A stretch of DNA of 64,000 bases, taken from NCBI GenBank assembly GCA_964620905.1, contig CAZUKA010000001.1, positions 222,524-286,523 of the forward strand, read 5' to 3'. Source of the DNA: an uncultured Gammaproteobacteria bacterium. Its GTDB lineage: Bacteria > Patescibacteriota > Patescibacteriia > S139-126. Positions within the stretch are counted from its first letter, which is position 1. Each line of letters opens with the position of its first letter. Shown here in pieces: positions 1 to 10,400 of this stretch. The notes below the pieces were generated by a model. That model was given only the letters and a program-made list of their open reading frames with translations. It was not told where the DNA came from and ran no database searches. The translations under genes and the position numbers were made by a program.

Positions 1-1070
1 CAACTAGTAAATCTACCAATATCACGGAAAGTGACTACTAAAATCAGTAGCAATAAAAACATAAAACCTAAGTTGTGTATAATTGCTTCAATTTTTTGAT
101 TTATTGGTCGGCGCATTATTTTTTCAATTCCTAAAAACAACACTCTTCCTCCATCCAAAGCCGGAAAAGGAAAAATATTTATAATCGCCAAATTGATAGA
201 TAACAGGGCAGCAAACTGCAATATATAAATAAAACCTAAATTGACCACCTGGCCAGTCAAAACCGCAATTCCCACGGGTCCGGCAATGTCAGCTCCCAAA
301 GAACCGGTAGTAAACAAGTTTTTCAGCATATTACCCAATGCTATTAAAATTTGTAGAGTGGTAAAAAATGTAGCTTTAGCACCTTCCCATAAAGACTGGT
401 ACCATGGATAAGAAATAATACCAGTTTTAACCAAAGCCACACCCAAAACCGGTCGTTCCGCTTGGGGGAGCTGTTGAGGGGTAATTTCTTGGTTTAATAT
501 TTGTTCTCCCCTTTGTAAAGTCAGATTAATTGATTGGTTAACTTTGCCACCAATATAGCTTTGTAGTTGTTCTATTTCTGTAAATTTATTTTCGTCCAAA
601 AATAAAATAACATCACCAACCAAAATACCAGCACTAGCTGCAGGAGAATTGGCTTCTATTGAAATTACTTGAATTTTTTGATCACGAACGTATTTGCCAT
701 TTGCATCATCAACAACCTGAGGTAAACCTATACTAAAACCTATGGTAAAAAGTACCCACGCCAAAACAATATTCATTGACACACCAGCAACCAATACAAT
801 CAATCTTTGCCAAGGTTTTTTACTGGCAAAACTATCTTGTTCTTCTCGATGGTCACCGGATTCGCCTTTGATCTTCACAAAACCGCCCAAAGGCAACCAA
901 TTTAGAGTATAAAGTGTCCCCGCTTTAATAAATAATTTTTTTGCTCGTGGCGGGAAACCAAAACCAAACTCCTCAACTTTCATACCAAAACGTTTGGCAG
1001 TGGCAAAATGACCAAGTTCATGAACAAAAACTAAAATTGCTAAAATAATTAAAAAAACAAGTACAGTCAT
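1..1070 (-). CDS. rseP: Site-2 protease RseP-like zinc metalloprotease (partial; C-terminus beyond window start)
   Basis: Minus-strand translation from ATG at 1070 gives MTVLVFLIILAILVFVHELGHFATAKRFGMKVEEFGFGFPP..., with an HExxH zinc motif in the first TM helix and a PDZ-like middle region. No stop codon before position 1. Sits directly downstream of frr, the classic frr-(uppS/cdsA)-rseP neighbourhood. Confidence 0.75.
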   Translation of the reverse strand, partial: MTVLVFLIILAILVFVHELGHFATAKRFGMKVEEFGFGFPPRAKKLFIKAGTLYTLNWLPLGGFVKIKGESGDHREEQDSFASKKPWQRLIVLVAGVSMNIVLAWVLFTIGFSIGLPQVVDDANGKYVRDQKIQVISIEANSPAASAGILVGDVILFLDENKFTEIEQLQSYIGGKVNQSINLTLQRGEQILNQEITPQQLPQAERPVLGVALVKTGIISYPWYQSLWEGAKATFFTTLQILIALGNMLKNLFTTGSLGADIAGPVGIAVLTGQVVNLGFIYILQFAALLSINLAIINIFPFPALDGGRVLFLGIEKIMRRPINQKIEAIIHNLGFMFLLLLILVVTFRDIGRFTS

Positions 1071-1079
1071 AAATTTAAA

Positions 1080-1622
1080 TTAAACCGACATTATTTCTTT
1101 TTCTTTTTGTTCTCCCAATTCTTTGATTTGTTCATTATAACTATCAACCTCACTTTGCAATTGTTTTTGCTGTTTAAAAAATTCATCCTCACCAATCTCA
1201 CCTTTTTCTTTGTTGGCTTTTAAAATTTTAATAATTTCTTCCCTGATACGTCTTACGGAAATTCTTGATTCTTCCAATTTTTGATTTAATATTTTAATTA
1301 TATCACGTCGCGTTTCTTCAGTGAGAGGTGGGATTTGGATACGAATTACCGCTCCGTCATTGTTGGGAGTTAAATTTATTTGTGCTTCCAAAATCCCCTT
1401 TTCCACATCTTTCAACAACCCCTTATCCCAAGGCTCAATCACTATTAGTCGCGGCTCAGGCGTATGAATACTAGCCAACTGTTTTAGTGGGGTACGGACA
1501 TTATAAGCATTAATTGGTATATTTTCTACCAAAGCTGGAGTAGCGCGACCGCTGCGTAAAGTCTGTAATTCAATTTTCAAATGCTCTAATATTTTAGTAA
1601 ATTGTTCTTTTTTAAGATCCAT
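1080..1622 (-). CDS. frr: Ribosome recycling factor
   Basis: ORF 1080..1685. Real start taken as MDLKKEQFTKILEHLKIELQTLRSGRATPALVENI... (ATG 1622). RRF length and motifs present; the upstream in-frame extension overlaps the neighbouring gene and is not used. Confidence 0.85.
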   Translation of the reverse strand: MDLKKEQFTKILEHLKIELQTLRSGRATPALVENIPINAYNVRTPLKQLASIHTPEPRLIVIEPWDKGLLKDVEKGILEAQINLTPNNDGAVIRIQIPPLTEETRRDIIKILNQKLEESRISVRRIREEIIKILKANKEKGEIGEDEFFKQQKQLQSEVDSYNEQIKELGEQKEKEIMSV

Positions 1623-1641
1623 ATAATATAAATTAGTTTTT

Positions 1642-2712
1642 TTATTTAGCAGGCAACCAACTGCCAATATACAAAGTATTGGCATTTTCTGGATTCAACA
1701 AGCACGTTCTGATTTGTCGACTGGTTGGTGATTTAATTGTAGTCCAATTAGCCCCCCCATCTACAGTCCGATAAATACCCTTATCAGTACAGTAATAGAT
1801 CTCATTGGTATTTTGCTTATTTAAAGCTAAACCTTTGATATTAACAGTATTTGGTTGTTGCAATAAAATATAAGCTTGCCAATCAGCTCCGGAATTTTCA
1901 CTTCGCAACAAGCCATATTTAGAAGCAATTAATAACCCATCTTCAAATTCAGGCAAAAACTCCAAAGCGTAGACTTCGTCTGCGTTTTTTAAATCAAGCT
2001 CAGTAAAACGTGGGGATAAATTTTCCCAAGTTAAACCTTTATCCGGTGAACGTTGAAAGCCGTTTCGTAGAGTTGCATACATAATTCTAGGATTCTTGGG
2101 ATTGATCTTGATTCCAGTGACAGCCGAGTTGAAATTGGGTTTTATCACTTGCCAGCTTTGGCCACTGTCTTGTGATAAAATAATTTCACCACGATTACTT
2201 ACATTTGTACCCATAAAAATTCTAGTTTGATCTTCTGGATCAATATATATTTTGGTAATAGTGGCGTTGTTTCTTTTTTCAAAAAATACTGACTCCCATT
2301 TACGACCACAATCAATTGATTTAAATATTTCTTTAGCTGCTGCGGCATAAATGGTACAGGGTGATTTATAATCTACTGCCAAAGAAATTATATTACCTTT
2401 ATTGGTCAAAACTGGTCGCCAACTGTCACCTCCATCCCAAGTAACAAAGACACCTTGTTCTCTGGTACTAGCATAAATTGTTCGACTATCTGTTGGGTCT
2501 TGATATAACCATAAAACATTTTGATTGGAAAAACTGGTGCTTTCAGCTCCAACTTTCATTAAACTTGATTTTTGTTCCCAAGTAGTAGCACTATCTAAAG
2601 AACGATAGATACCACCATCAGGGGGTGCTTGAGTTTTAACTTTAAAAATACAACCGGTTAAAAACATTGGCAAAACAAAAATTAGTAAAATAAAATGTAA
2701 TTTTTTTTTCAT
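1642..2712 (-). CDS. BNR/Asp-box repeat beta-propeller lipoprotein (Ycf48/sialidase-like fold)
   Basis: Signal peptide plus lipobox (LTGC). Seven S/T-x-D-x-G-x-T/S-W Asp-box repeats (SLDSATTWEQ, TWDGGDSWRPV, SIDCGRKWESV, SQDSGQSWQV, SPDKGLTWEN, SENSGADWQAY, TVDGGANWTT). Confidence 0.6.
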   Translation of the reverse strand: MKKKLHFILLIFVLPMFLTGCIFKVKTQAPPDGGIYRSLDSATTWEQKSSLMKVGAESTSFSNQNVLWLYQDPTDSRTIYASTREQGVFVTWDGGDSWRPVLTNKGNIISLAVDYKSPCTIYAAAAKEIFKSIDCGRKWESVFFEKRNNATITKIYIDPEDQTRIFMGTNVSNRGEIILSQDSGQSWQVIKPNFNSAVTGIKINPKNPRIMYATLRNGFQRSPDKGLTWENLSPRFTELDLKNADEVYALEFLPEFEDGLLIASKYGLLRSENSGADWQAYILLQQPNTVNIKGLALNKQNTNEIYYCTDKGIYRTVDGGANWTTIKSPTSRQIRTCLLNPENANTLYIGSWLPAK

Positions 2713-2716
2713 AAAT

Positions 2717-3724
2717 TTATATAATATTTAAATACAAATTTTCCAAAGCCAACTGGGAATTTAGATTAGCTTGATTCAAATTACGTAAATCATTCATTCT
2801 CTCCAAAACATTTTTTATTTCTTGTGACGTAAAATGTCGGGCAAATTTCTCCAAAGATACTCGCAATTCTTGGTATCTTATTTGTGTTGTTAAACCAATT
2901 TTTATCAATAAAACATCTCTAAAGACTCTAGTCCAAATGTCCAACTCCTTATTGGTTAAAAGACTCCTTTCTGTAAAGAATTTTTTTGTTGTGATTTCTT
3001 TTTTTATAAACGCAAATTTTTTGTCAAGAGTTTGACTATAAAGTAATAACTTACTTTTAACATTTTCATTTTCAGCTAACCAAAAATCTTCATTTTTTAA
3101 ATACTCATCAATCAAACTTGGCAATCCTTGAGTAATTCGATAAATGTTTTCAATTTGCTCAGAATTTAATTTTTTTATTAATAAATAATTTGTCAATTCT
3201 TTTTTACCAATATGAGCAAACTGAACTATTTGACAACGGGAGACAACAGTTGCAGGCAAAAAATCTTTATGTTCGGCAGTCAATATAAAAATCGTATTAC
3301 CAGCTGGTTCTTCTAAACTTTTTAGTAAGGCATTGGCGGCTTCTTCGTTCATTGTTTCTGCCTCATGAACTATCACTACTTTGTGCTGGGCTGACATTGA
3401 CCGTAATGATAACCTTTGAATAAGTTCCCTAATCTGCTCAATTGTTATATTTTTACTATCAGCATTTTTTTTCAAAATATAAAGATCAGGATGAATACCT
3501 AATTTTACTTGACGACAATGTTCACATTGATTGCAAGGTACAATTTCTTTTTTTGAATTTTCACCACAAAAAATTATTTGGCTAAAAAAATCTGCGGTTA
3601 TATTTTTATTTGTCCCCTTTGGCCCAATAAACAAATAAGCATGAACAAAATCACGTCTTTTAGCTAGTCGTATTAAAAAATTTTGTACACTCTGACCTAC
3701 ACAAATTTCAGAAAATATATTCAT
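2717..3724 (-). CDS. holB: DNA polymerase III delta-prime subunit
   Basis: AAA+ clamp-loader fold: Walker A-like GPKGTNK, zinc module CNQCEHC, and SRC motif (TVVSRCQIVQF). Confidence 0.7.
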   Translation of the reverse strand: MNIFSEICVGQSVQNFLIRLAKRRDFVHAYLFIGPKGTNKNITADFFSQIIFCGENSKKEIVPCNQCEHCRQVKLGIHPDLYILKKNADSKNITIEQIRELIQRLSLRSMSAQHKVVIVHEAETMNEEAANALLKSLEEPAGNTIFILTAEHKDFLPATVVSRCQIVQFAHIGKKELTNYLLIKKLNSEQIENIYRITQGLPSLIDEYLKNEDFWLAENENVKSKLLLYSQTLDKKFAFIKKEITTKKFFTERSLLTNKELDIWTRVFRDVLLIKIGLTTQIRYQELRVSLEKFARHFTSQEIKNVLERMNDLRNLNQANLNSQLALENLYLNII

Positions 3725-3807
3725 AATTTAACTATAAAATAACACAAAAATGAGTTTTTGGCAAATTAAAAAAGTTCGATGTTATCAGTTTATTATTTAC
3801 TAAAAGA

Positions 3808-4905
3808 TTAACTAACCAAAAATTTTAAAGTTTTTTCTGCAACTTTTAGCCAATCAAATTGTTCCGCGTGTTTTAGACCCTGATTAACTAATGTTTGACG
3901 CGCGGCGAAATCAACATTTATTCTTTTGAGCAAAGCCACTAATTCAGATTTATTATCTGGCTCAAAATACCAAGCTGCCTGACCCCCTATTTCCGGCAAT
4001 GAGGTTGTATTGGAACAAATCACCGGACAGCCACAAGCCATAGCTTGAATAACAGGTAAACCAAAACCTTCAAACAGAGAAGGAAAAACAAAAGCTCTGG
4101 CCAAATTCAATATAACCGGAACATCTTCCTCGGCAATATATTCTAAATATTTTATTTTATCATTATGGTGGATAGCTTTTAATATATCATCCCCACCAAA
4201 ACCTAAACGACCTGCTAAGACTAAATTAAAGTCAGGATTATGACTTAAAAAAAGTTCAAAAGCAGCAACTAGCAATTTAATATTTTTCTTTTTTTCCAGA
4301 CGACCAATATAAAAGAAAAACGGTTTGTTAAAATTGTATTTTTCTTTTATTTGGGTTAATAGAGATTTATCCTGGATAATTCTATATTTTGATTTATCAA
4401 ATCCCAGCGGCATAACAGCAATTTTATCGGGAGAAACATTAAATCTATTTAAGATATCATTTTTGGTAAACTGTGAAATAGTAATTATTCTTTTAGCAAA
4501 TTTAATCGACCACCAAGCACTAAACCGATGATAAAATCTTGCAAGGGTCTGATATATTTCTGGATTGTGCAGAAAACCCAAATCATGAATAGTAACAACA
4601 CAGCGACTACGGTGAAACAAGGGCACACTATGAGCCGGAACAAATAAAATATCAGGTGGATTAATTAACATTTCCCAGCTCAATCGTAAATGAGTCCAAA
4701 TGTATTTGACTGGCCAGGATAAAATCTTGACGTGGAAATTTGTGGATAAATTTAAGGGCAAATCAAATGCATCTTTTCTGGTATATAGCCAATACTCATT
4801 AGTTTTATCAATTTTAGATAAATATGAAATTAAATGATAAGAATACCATTCTGTTCCAGTTTTATACTTTTTCCCGGCTCGTGAGGCATCAATACCAATA
4901 ATCAT
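3808..4905 (-). CDS. Glycosyltransferase family 4 (GT-B)
   Basis: C-terminal EX7E-type motif region FEGFGLPVIQAMACGCPVI typical of GT4 retaining glycosyltransferases. Confidence 0.65.
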   Translation of the reverse strand: MIIGIDASRAGKKYKTGTEWYSYHLISYLSKIDKTNEYWLYTRKDAFDLPLNLSTNFHVKILSWPVKYIWTHLRLSWEMLINPPDILFVPAHSVPLFHRSRCVVTIHDLGFLHNPEIYQTLARFYHRFSAWWSIKFAKRIITISQFTKNDILNRFNVSPDKIAVMPLGFDKSKYRIIQDKSLLTQIKEKYNFNKPFFFYIGRLEKKKNIKLLVAAFELFLSHNPDFNLVLAGRLGFGGDDILKAIHHNDKIKYLEYIAEEDVPVILNLARAFVFPSLFEGFGLPVIQAMACGCPVICSNTTSLPEIGGQAAWYFEPDNKSELVALLKRINVDFAARQTLVNQGLKHAEQFDWLKVAEKTLKFLVS

Positions 4906-4907
4906 AA

Positions 4908-5921
4908 CTATTTGGTGGCTAAAATACTTCGTTTATAGCTCTCTAAATTATCCAAAGCTATACCAGTACCTTTGACCACACATAACATCGGTTCATCAGC
5001 CACGTAAGCTGGTACACCTGTTGCTTGGGAAATCAAAGTATCTAATTTTCGCAAACTAGAAGTACCACCGGTAAACACAATACCTTTGTCTATGATATCG
5101 GCTGATAGTTCAGGTGGAGTTTTTTGCAAAACAGATTTAATGGCATTGATAATAGCTTCCAATTCATCCTGAATGGCTTCAGTTATATCATCAGAGGTTA
5201 AAGTAATAGTACGTGGTAAACCGGTAACCATATCACGACCACGAACTTCTTTACTCAAAACATCCTTGGAATCAAAAAAAAGAGCCGAACCAATATCTCT
5301 TTTGGCCTCTTCGGCTGTTTGTTCCCCGATGGCTAGATTGTACTTTCGACGGGTATAATCTTGAATTGCTGCGTCAAGTTTATTCCCCCCAACTCGAATT
5401 GAATTTGAAGCCACAATACCACCCAAAGAAATAACAGCTATTTCAGCAGTTCCACCACCAATATCAACTACCATATGACCAGAGGCAGAACCAATGGGAA
5501 TATTGGCCCCAATAGCTGCAGCAATCGGCTCTTTGATTATATAGGCTGCTTTGGCTCCCGCTGCCAAAGTAGCATCAATCACTGCTCGACGTTCTGTTGA
5601 AGTTATACCAGCTGGCACTGAAACCATGACCTCTGGTCGAAAAAATTTCACTCCACCCAATGACTTATTGATAAAATAACGTAACATCGCCTCAGTGGTT
5701 TTATAATCAGCAATTACACCATCTTTCAAAGGGCGTGAGGCAACAATCGTATCAGGTGTCCGACCTAACATTTCTTTGGCTTCCAATCCAACTGCTAAAA
5801 CCTTATTATCTATTTTTGAGACTGCTACAACTGATGGTTCATTGATAACTATTCCTCTTTTTGGTAGATGAACCAATGAATAAGTTGTCCCCAAATCAAT
5901 ACCAATTTTTTTAACAAACAT
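4908..5921 (-). CDS. mreB: Rod-shape determining actin homologue MreB
   Basis: MFVKKIGIDLGTTYSLVHLPKRGIVINEPSVVAV... with actin-fold phosphate motifs (DLGT, DIGGGTAEIAV, FTGGTS). Start chosen at the internal Met (5921), not the hydrophobic ORF extension. Confidence 0.8.
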   Translation of the reverse strand: MFVKKIGIDLGTTYSLVHLPKRGIVINEPSVVAVSKIDNKVLAVGLEAKEMLGRTPDTIVASRPLKDGVIADYKTTEAMLRYFINKSLGGVKFFRPEVMVSVPAGITSTERRAVIDATLAAGAKAAYIIKEPIAAAIGANIPIGSASGHMVVDIGGGTAEIAVISLGGIVASNSIRVGGNKLDAAIQDYTRRKYNLAIGEQTAEEAKRDIGSALFFDSKDVLSKEVRGRDMVTGLPRTITLTSDDITEAIQDELEAIINAIKSVLQKTPPELSADIIDKGIVFTGGTSSLRKLDTLISQATGVPAYVADEPMLCVVKGTGIALDNLESYKRSILATK

Positions 5922-6028
5922 AAAAATAAAATCAAAAGTCAAAATGAAAAAAATCAAAACTGATTAATATTTATACCAATTTTACTCTTTTATTTTAAAA
6001 TTGTCAATTTTTAGCTAAAATTAGATAA

Positions 6029-6811
6029 TTATCTTCTTGATTTAAATTTCCAAAAATACTTAAACCAAGACATTAGATGAATAAAGTTCAAACGAGAAAA
6101 AAATTTTTCTGCTGATTCTCGCATGTGATAATGGACCATTTTAGCATCTGATAAATAAACGATGCGCCAATTTTTTTGCCAAAAACGACGACACCAATCA
6201 GTATCTTCAACATACAAAAAATACCTTTCATCCAAAAGACCTACATCATTCAAAGCTTGTCTTTTTATCAATAAACATGCCCCCAAGGCCCAGTCAACTT
6301 CCCGGTTTGACTGATGATCCCAGTCACGATATAAATACCAATCTAACCATTTCTTAGCCCAGGAAATATCACCTAGCTTGGTCCGACGTAACAATGGTAA
6401 CCACCACTTAGGAAAATGCATCACCGAATACTGAATGCTACGATCGGGATTTAATAATTGTGGAACTACCATACCCACATCTTTATGTGATTGTAAGTAA
6501 TTATTCATTCTCTCAATTGCCTGCGGCAAAACAGCAATATCTGGATTCAAAATTAGAATTTGTTCTCCTTTAGCTTGCCTGATTCCAGCATTATTTCCTG
6601 CTGCAAAACCTTTGTTTTTTGGTAAATTAATAAACTTCACATCAGAAAAAAGTATTGGCAAATTATCCAATCCTTGTTTGGAGGCATTATCAACAACTAT
6701 GATTTCATATTCCAAACCAGTTAGGTTATTTATTATTCCTCTAAGACATTGCCTAACTAGACCTGCTGATTGATAATTTAATATTATAATGGAAAGTTCT
6801 GTTTTAACCAT
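6029..6811 (-). CDS. Glycosyltransferase family 2
   Basis: N-terminal GT-A signature LSIIILNYQSAG...IIVVDNASKQG and DxD region. Confidence 0.65.
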   Translation of the reverse strand: MVKTELSIIILNYQSAGLVRQCLRGIINNLTGLEYEIIVVDNASKQGLDNLPILFSDVKFINLPKNKGFAAGNNAGIRQAKGEQILILNPDIAVLPQAIERMNNYLQSHKDVGMVVPQLLNPDRSIQYSVMHFPKWWLPLLRRTKLGDISWAKKWLDWYLYRDWDHQSNREVDWALGACLLIKRQALNDVGLLDERYFLYVEDTDWCRRFWQKNWRIVYLSDAKMVHYHMRESAEKFFSRLNFIHLMSWFKYFWKFKSRR

Positions 6812-7830
6812 AAAGCAATACCTGCTGATTTAATTTTCTTAGTTTTAAATATATAACGACGTTTTTCTTTGATAATTTTAAAATTTTTAAATATATCAAA
6901 CCATGACTTAAATAAAATTTGAGGCTGAAAAATCATTAAATAAATAATCTTTTTGCTTTCATAAACTAATAAATAAAAAAAATTGGGTAAAAATAAACGC
7001 AGACTAAGGTTTTTTATCAAGGTAATCAGATGATTACGATAGGAATAATAATTTATATAATATGGTTTGGTTTGATAACTGTTTTTCTTTTCCCATAAGG
7101 ATAGATCACCTTTTTGACGAGTCGCTGTACGTTTATGAAAAACAACTGCTTCAGGTAAATTGACAATATCCCAATTCCGCCACCGTAGTCGCCATGACAA
7201 ATCAATATCTTCTTTGTAAGAAATAAATAATTCATCAAAAAACTCTCGATCATAAGCTACATCATACAAAGCACTACGACGTAAAGCTACGGCCGTACCT
7301 GTAAATCCAAAAACTGGTTTTATTTCTTTTTGTTTATTTATTTCTACTTCACCTTCACCTAAATTTATAAACCGAAATTTTTTGTCAAAACCTAAACCCA
7401 TACTATCAATCACCTTAGTTGTATGATTATCCAACCATTTATAAATCAATGGATTTACTGCAGCAACTTTTGGATAGGTGTCTAAAAAAATCGTTAAATG
7501 AGAAAATAAATCCGGAGCCAAATAAACATCCTGGTTTAGCAATAATACATACCTTCCGCTAGTCCAATGAATTCCCTGGTTGTAAGCTTTAGCAAAACCA
7601 ACGTTCTGTTTATTTTTTACAATTGTTAAATTATTACCATATTTTTCAGCAATTATTTGCACGGTTTTATCTACTGAGTTATTATCAATAATTAAAATAT
7701 CAAAAAATTCATTAACCCGCTTTTGATAGTCAGGTGGCAAAATCTGGTTAAAAATTGAATCAAGACATTTTTCAATATAGGCTTGTCCATTCCAAGTCAC
7801 AATAATTATTGATATTTTAGGTTGTTTCAT
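6784..7830 (-). CDS. Glycosyltransferase family 2
   Basis: ISIIIVTWNGQAYIEKCLDSIFNQ ... ILIIDNNSVDKT, GT-A fold signature. Confidence 0.65.
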   Translation of the reverse strand: MKQPKISIIIVTWNGQAYIEKCLDSIFNQILPPDYQKRVNEFFDILIIDNNSVDKTVQIIAEKYGNNLTIVKNKQNVGFAKAYNQGIHWTSGRYVLLLNQDVYLAPDLFSHLTIFLDTYPKVAAVNPLIYKWLDNHTTKVIDSMGLGFDKKFRFINLGEGEVEINKQKEIKPVFGFTGTAVALRRSALYDVAYDREFFDELFISYKEDIDLSWRLRWRNWDIVNLPEAVVFHKRTATRQKGDLSLWEKKNSYQTKPYYINYYSYRNHLITLIKNLSLRLFLPNFFYLLVYESKKIIYLMIFQPQILFKSWFDIFKNFKIIKEKRRYIFKTKKIKSAGIALWLKQNFPL

Positions 7831-9301
7831 AAATTTTTTTTTCCGATTTATTGACCACTGCGACCAACCAAAACAAAATTCCCAAGCCTAAAGGGTGATT
7901 TAGGTAAGGTGTAGTTAGATTGGTAATTAATATTGCCACAAAAGCAAGCAAAAAAGCAACCGACAAATCTGTTTTTGCTAGCCAGGCTCGACTTAAAAGC
8001 AAATAGATAAAATATAAATAGACAAAAGTACCAACTAATCCAAATTTCAAAAAAATATCAAGGTAGCCCCATTCAAAAGCGTAAGTTGAATAATTATCGG
8101 CATATTCTTGTCCTAAGGATAAAATTCTAGGATCTCTACTTTGATAACTGACAACCGAGCCAAAACCTGAACCAAAAAATAGATTATTCTTAATAGCCAA
8201 TAATAAAGGTTCTAGCTGTTGTAAACGAGTGTTACTAGCTGGTTCAGAAGAAAAATTTTGTAAGCGACCTATAAACAAATCGTTACTAGTAACTGTTACC
8301 GCTGGCCAGGGGAATCTAATAACAAAAAAAACTAAAAAAGCTGATAAGAAAATAATGCTAAATAAAATCAATTTATATTTTAAAAATTGCCATAAACTGT
8401 TTTTTTGGAAAAAAATATAAACTAATAATACTACTAAACCGCTGATTAAACCAAGCCAAAAAGACCTTGAATAACTCATCAAAACAACAGATAAACCAAA
8501 TATTGCCAGCAAACCTAATTGATAAAAAGATAAAATTTCTATTTTCTTTTGATAAGTACGCCACCATAAATAGATAATCACCAAAAGTAAAAACAATGCC
8601 ATAATCTGACTTTGCATAAAAACACGCCAAAAATTACCTGCGACAAAAGTAATTTCTCCTAGTCTAAAATCTCTTGTCCAAAGATACAACTCATTCGCTA
8701 AGACTAAAAAATTATGAGAAAAAATATATAACAATACAACAGTTTTAATCCATAACCAAATTATTCCTGATAACCATATATGCCATAAATCCGACAGATA
8801 TTTTTTATCAAAAAACAACCAAGGGATAAACAGTAATAAATAAAGCCAAGCATTGCCGTCAAAAATAACATCTACTAAATTATTTTTAAAAAAACCATTT
8901 ATAAAAACAAACAATAAATAAACCATTAAACCTAAATAAACAAAAAATATTTTTTTTTCAATCAGATTAAATTTCGTCAAACTGATTCGGTTTAAAAAAA
9001 AATATTTAACAGATGAAATGATTACAATTAACCAAATGAACATACGTAGTGACAATGTTTGACCAAATATATCAACAGAAAATATATAACCAAAAGATCC
9101 TACCAATAATTCACCACTGGCAATCAGCAGACCATAATTTAAATTTCGCCAAGTTAACCAGCCAATTATTGCCGCGACAAAAAAATATACCAACTCCCGG
9201 GTTACCGGTTGTTGCCAGGTAATAAATGACAGGACTTCTATCAACAGTATAATAAAAAAGTAAGTCAATATCTTTTCTCTTTTTATTTTTAAAAAATTCA
9301 T
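7817..9301 (-). CDS. Polytopic membrane protein, O-antigen polymerase/ligase (Wzy/WaaL)-like
   Basis: 494 aa with at least 10 predicted TM helices and one larger extracytoplasmic loop near the C-terminus. Embedded in the GT2/GT4/flippase cluster. Assignment by context and topology only. Confidence 0.4.
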   Translation of the reverse strand: MNFLKIKREKILTYFFIILLIEVLSFITWQQPVTRELVYFFVAAIIGWLTWRNLNYGLLIASGELLVGSFGYIFSVDIFGQTLSLRMFIWLIVIISSVKYFFLNRISLTKFNLIEKKIFFVYLGLMVYLLFVFINGFFKNNLVDVIFDGNAWLYLLLFIPWLFFDKKYLSDLWHIWLSGIIWLWIKTVVLLYIFSHNFLVLANELYLWTRDFRLGEITFVAGNFWRVFMQSQIMALFLLLVIIYLWWRTYQKKIEILSFYQLGLLAIFGLSVVLMSYSRSFWLGLISGLVVLLVYIFFQKNSLWQFLKYKLILFSIIFLSAFLVFFVIRFPWPAVTVTSNDLFIGRLQNFSSEPASNTRLQQLEPLLLAIKNNLFFGSGFGSVVSYQSRDPRILSLGQEYADNYSTYAFEWGYLDIFLKFGLVGTFVYLYFIYLLLSRAWLAKTDLSVAFLLAFVAILITNLTTPYLNHPLGLGILFWLVAVVNKSEKKIYETT

Positions 9302-10167
9302 TTTTTTCTATTTATTTTTTCCCAAGCTTGGACTAAAGCTGCTAAAATAATACTAAGAGGGTTAAATAGCTTTAAGAAATAATAAGCTAAACGGGAATGG
9401 TGTTTTGAAACATAATAAAATAAACTATTATTAAAAAGTCTTTGTTCGGAAATAGCAGCTAACTGTTTAAAACTAGCACCACGAAAATGAATAATTCTAA
9501 CAGCTGGTTCAAAATATATTTCAAAACCAGCTAGTCTTGCCCGTTTACAAAAATCTACTTCTTCAAACCAAATAAAAAAATTTTTGTCAAAACCATTTAA
9601 TTGCTCCCAAACTTCTCGTCGTAAAGCAAACAATGCACCCATCACTTGCTGAACATTAGCTGGCTGATCATAATTAAAATTGGAACATAAATATTTTTTT
9701 AAAACATTTGGAAACAAATGATGTAATTTTAAAAGAATAATCCACAAATCAAATACTCTGGGAAAATTTCTAACTGATGGTTGTATACTAAAATCAGGGT
9801 TTAAAATCTGTCCTCCTAAGACACCTATTTTTTTATTAGCTCTTATAGACTGATAAATAATTTCTAAAGTATCTGGATATAGCTTAATATCGTCATTTAA
9901 AAATAAAAAACACTCTCCCTGAGCAACCGCAACTCCTTGCCAACAAGCAGTGGCAAACCCTAAATTGGTATTATTCACGATCAATTTTACTTGGGAAAAT
10001 TTGTTTTTAACCATCTCTATACTACCGTCAGAAGAGGCATTATCAACCACAATAACTTCCAAAATCAAATTGGGTAAATTTTGGTAAATTGAAACTAGTG
10101 TTTGCTCTAATAAATCACGTACCCGCCAAGAAACAATAATAATTGATAAATTTATTTGTTCAGACAT
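9298..10167 (-). CDS. Glycosyltransferase family 2
   Basis: LSIIIVSWRVRDLLEQTLVSIYQN ... VIVVDNASSDGS. Confidence 0.65.
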   Translation of the reverse strand: MSEQINLSIIIVSWRVRDLLEQTLVSIYQNLPNLILEVIVVDNASSDGSIEMVKNKFSQVKLIVNNTNLGFATACWQGVAVAQGECFLFLNDDIKLYPDTLEIIYQSIRANKKIGVLGGQILNPDFSIQPSVRNFPRVFDLWIILLKLHHLFPNVLKKYLCSNFNYDQPANVQQVMGALFALRREVWEQLNGFDKNFFIWFEEVDFCKRARLAGFEIYFEPAVRIIHFRGASFKQLAAISEQRLFNNSLFYYVSKHHSRLAYYFLKLFNPLSIILAALVQAWEKINRKK

Positions 10168-10210
10168 AGATATATTTTACCTTTTTTTAACAAACAAAAA
10201 AAGTGTAAAA

Positions 10211-10230
10211 AAAGCCCCAATCAGGGCTTT
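10211..10230 (-). terminator. Rho-independent terminator downstream of the GT2 gene at 10401..11096
   Basis: Hairpin aaagcccc-aatca-gggcttt, followed on the minus strand by a T-run (plus-strand aaaaaaa at 10204-10210). Confidence 0.5.
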
Positions 10231-10400
10231 ACCAACCAGGTTTAATTTTATTTTTGTATCGCATCCTGTGGAATAATTCCCTAGGGAAAAATATCCCCAA
10301 ACCAAAGCAAATGAGCAAAAATAAAATCACAAGTAGATTACGTATCATTATCCTCCTTATTTATATGTAGAGATAATAATAAAATATTAAATACATGCAG

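Noticed and set aside
1623-1685. N-terminal extension of the frr ORF (MPILCILAVGCLLNKKTNLYY-) overlapping the 3' end of the BNR lipoprotein gene
   Set aside because: RRF homology begins at the internal Met (MDLKKEQF...). The extension is hydrophobic and overlaps a well-supported gene, so it is most likely an ORF-caller artefact.
10284-10343. 19-aa plus-strand mini-ORF (MSKNKITSRLRIIILLIYM) in the intergenic region upstream of the GT2 gene
   Set aside because: It has no RBS and no terminator of its own. It is AT-rich chance sequence and is more plausibly part of the promoter/5' region of the minus-strand gene.
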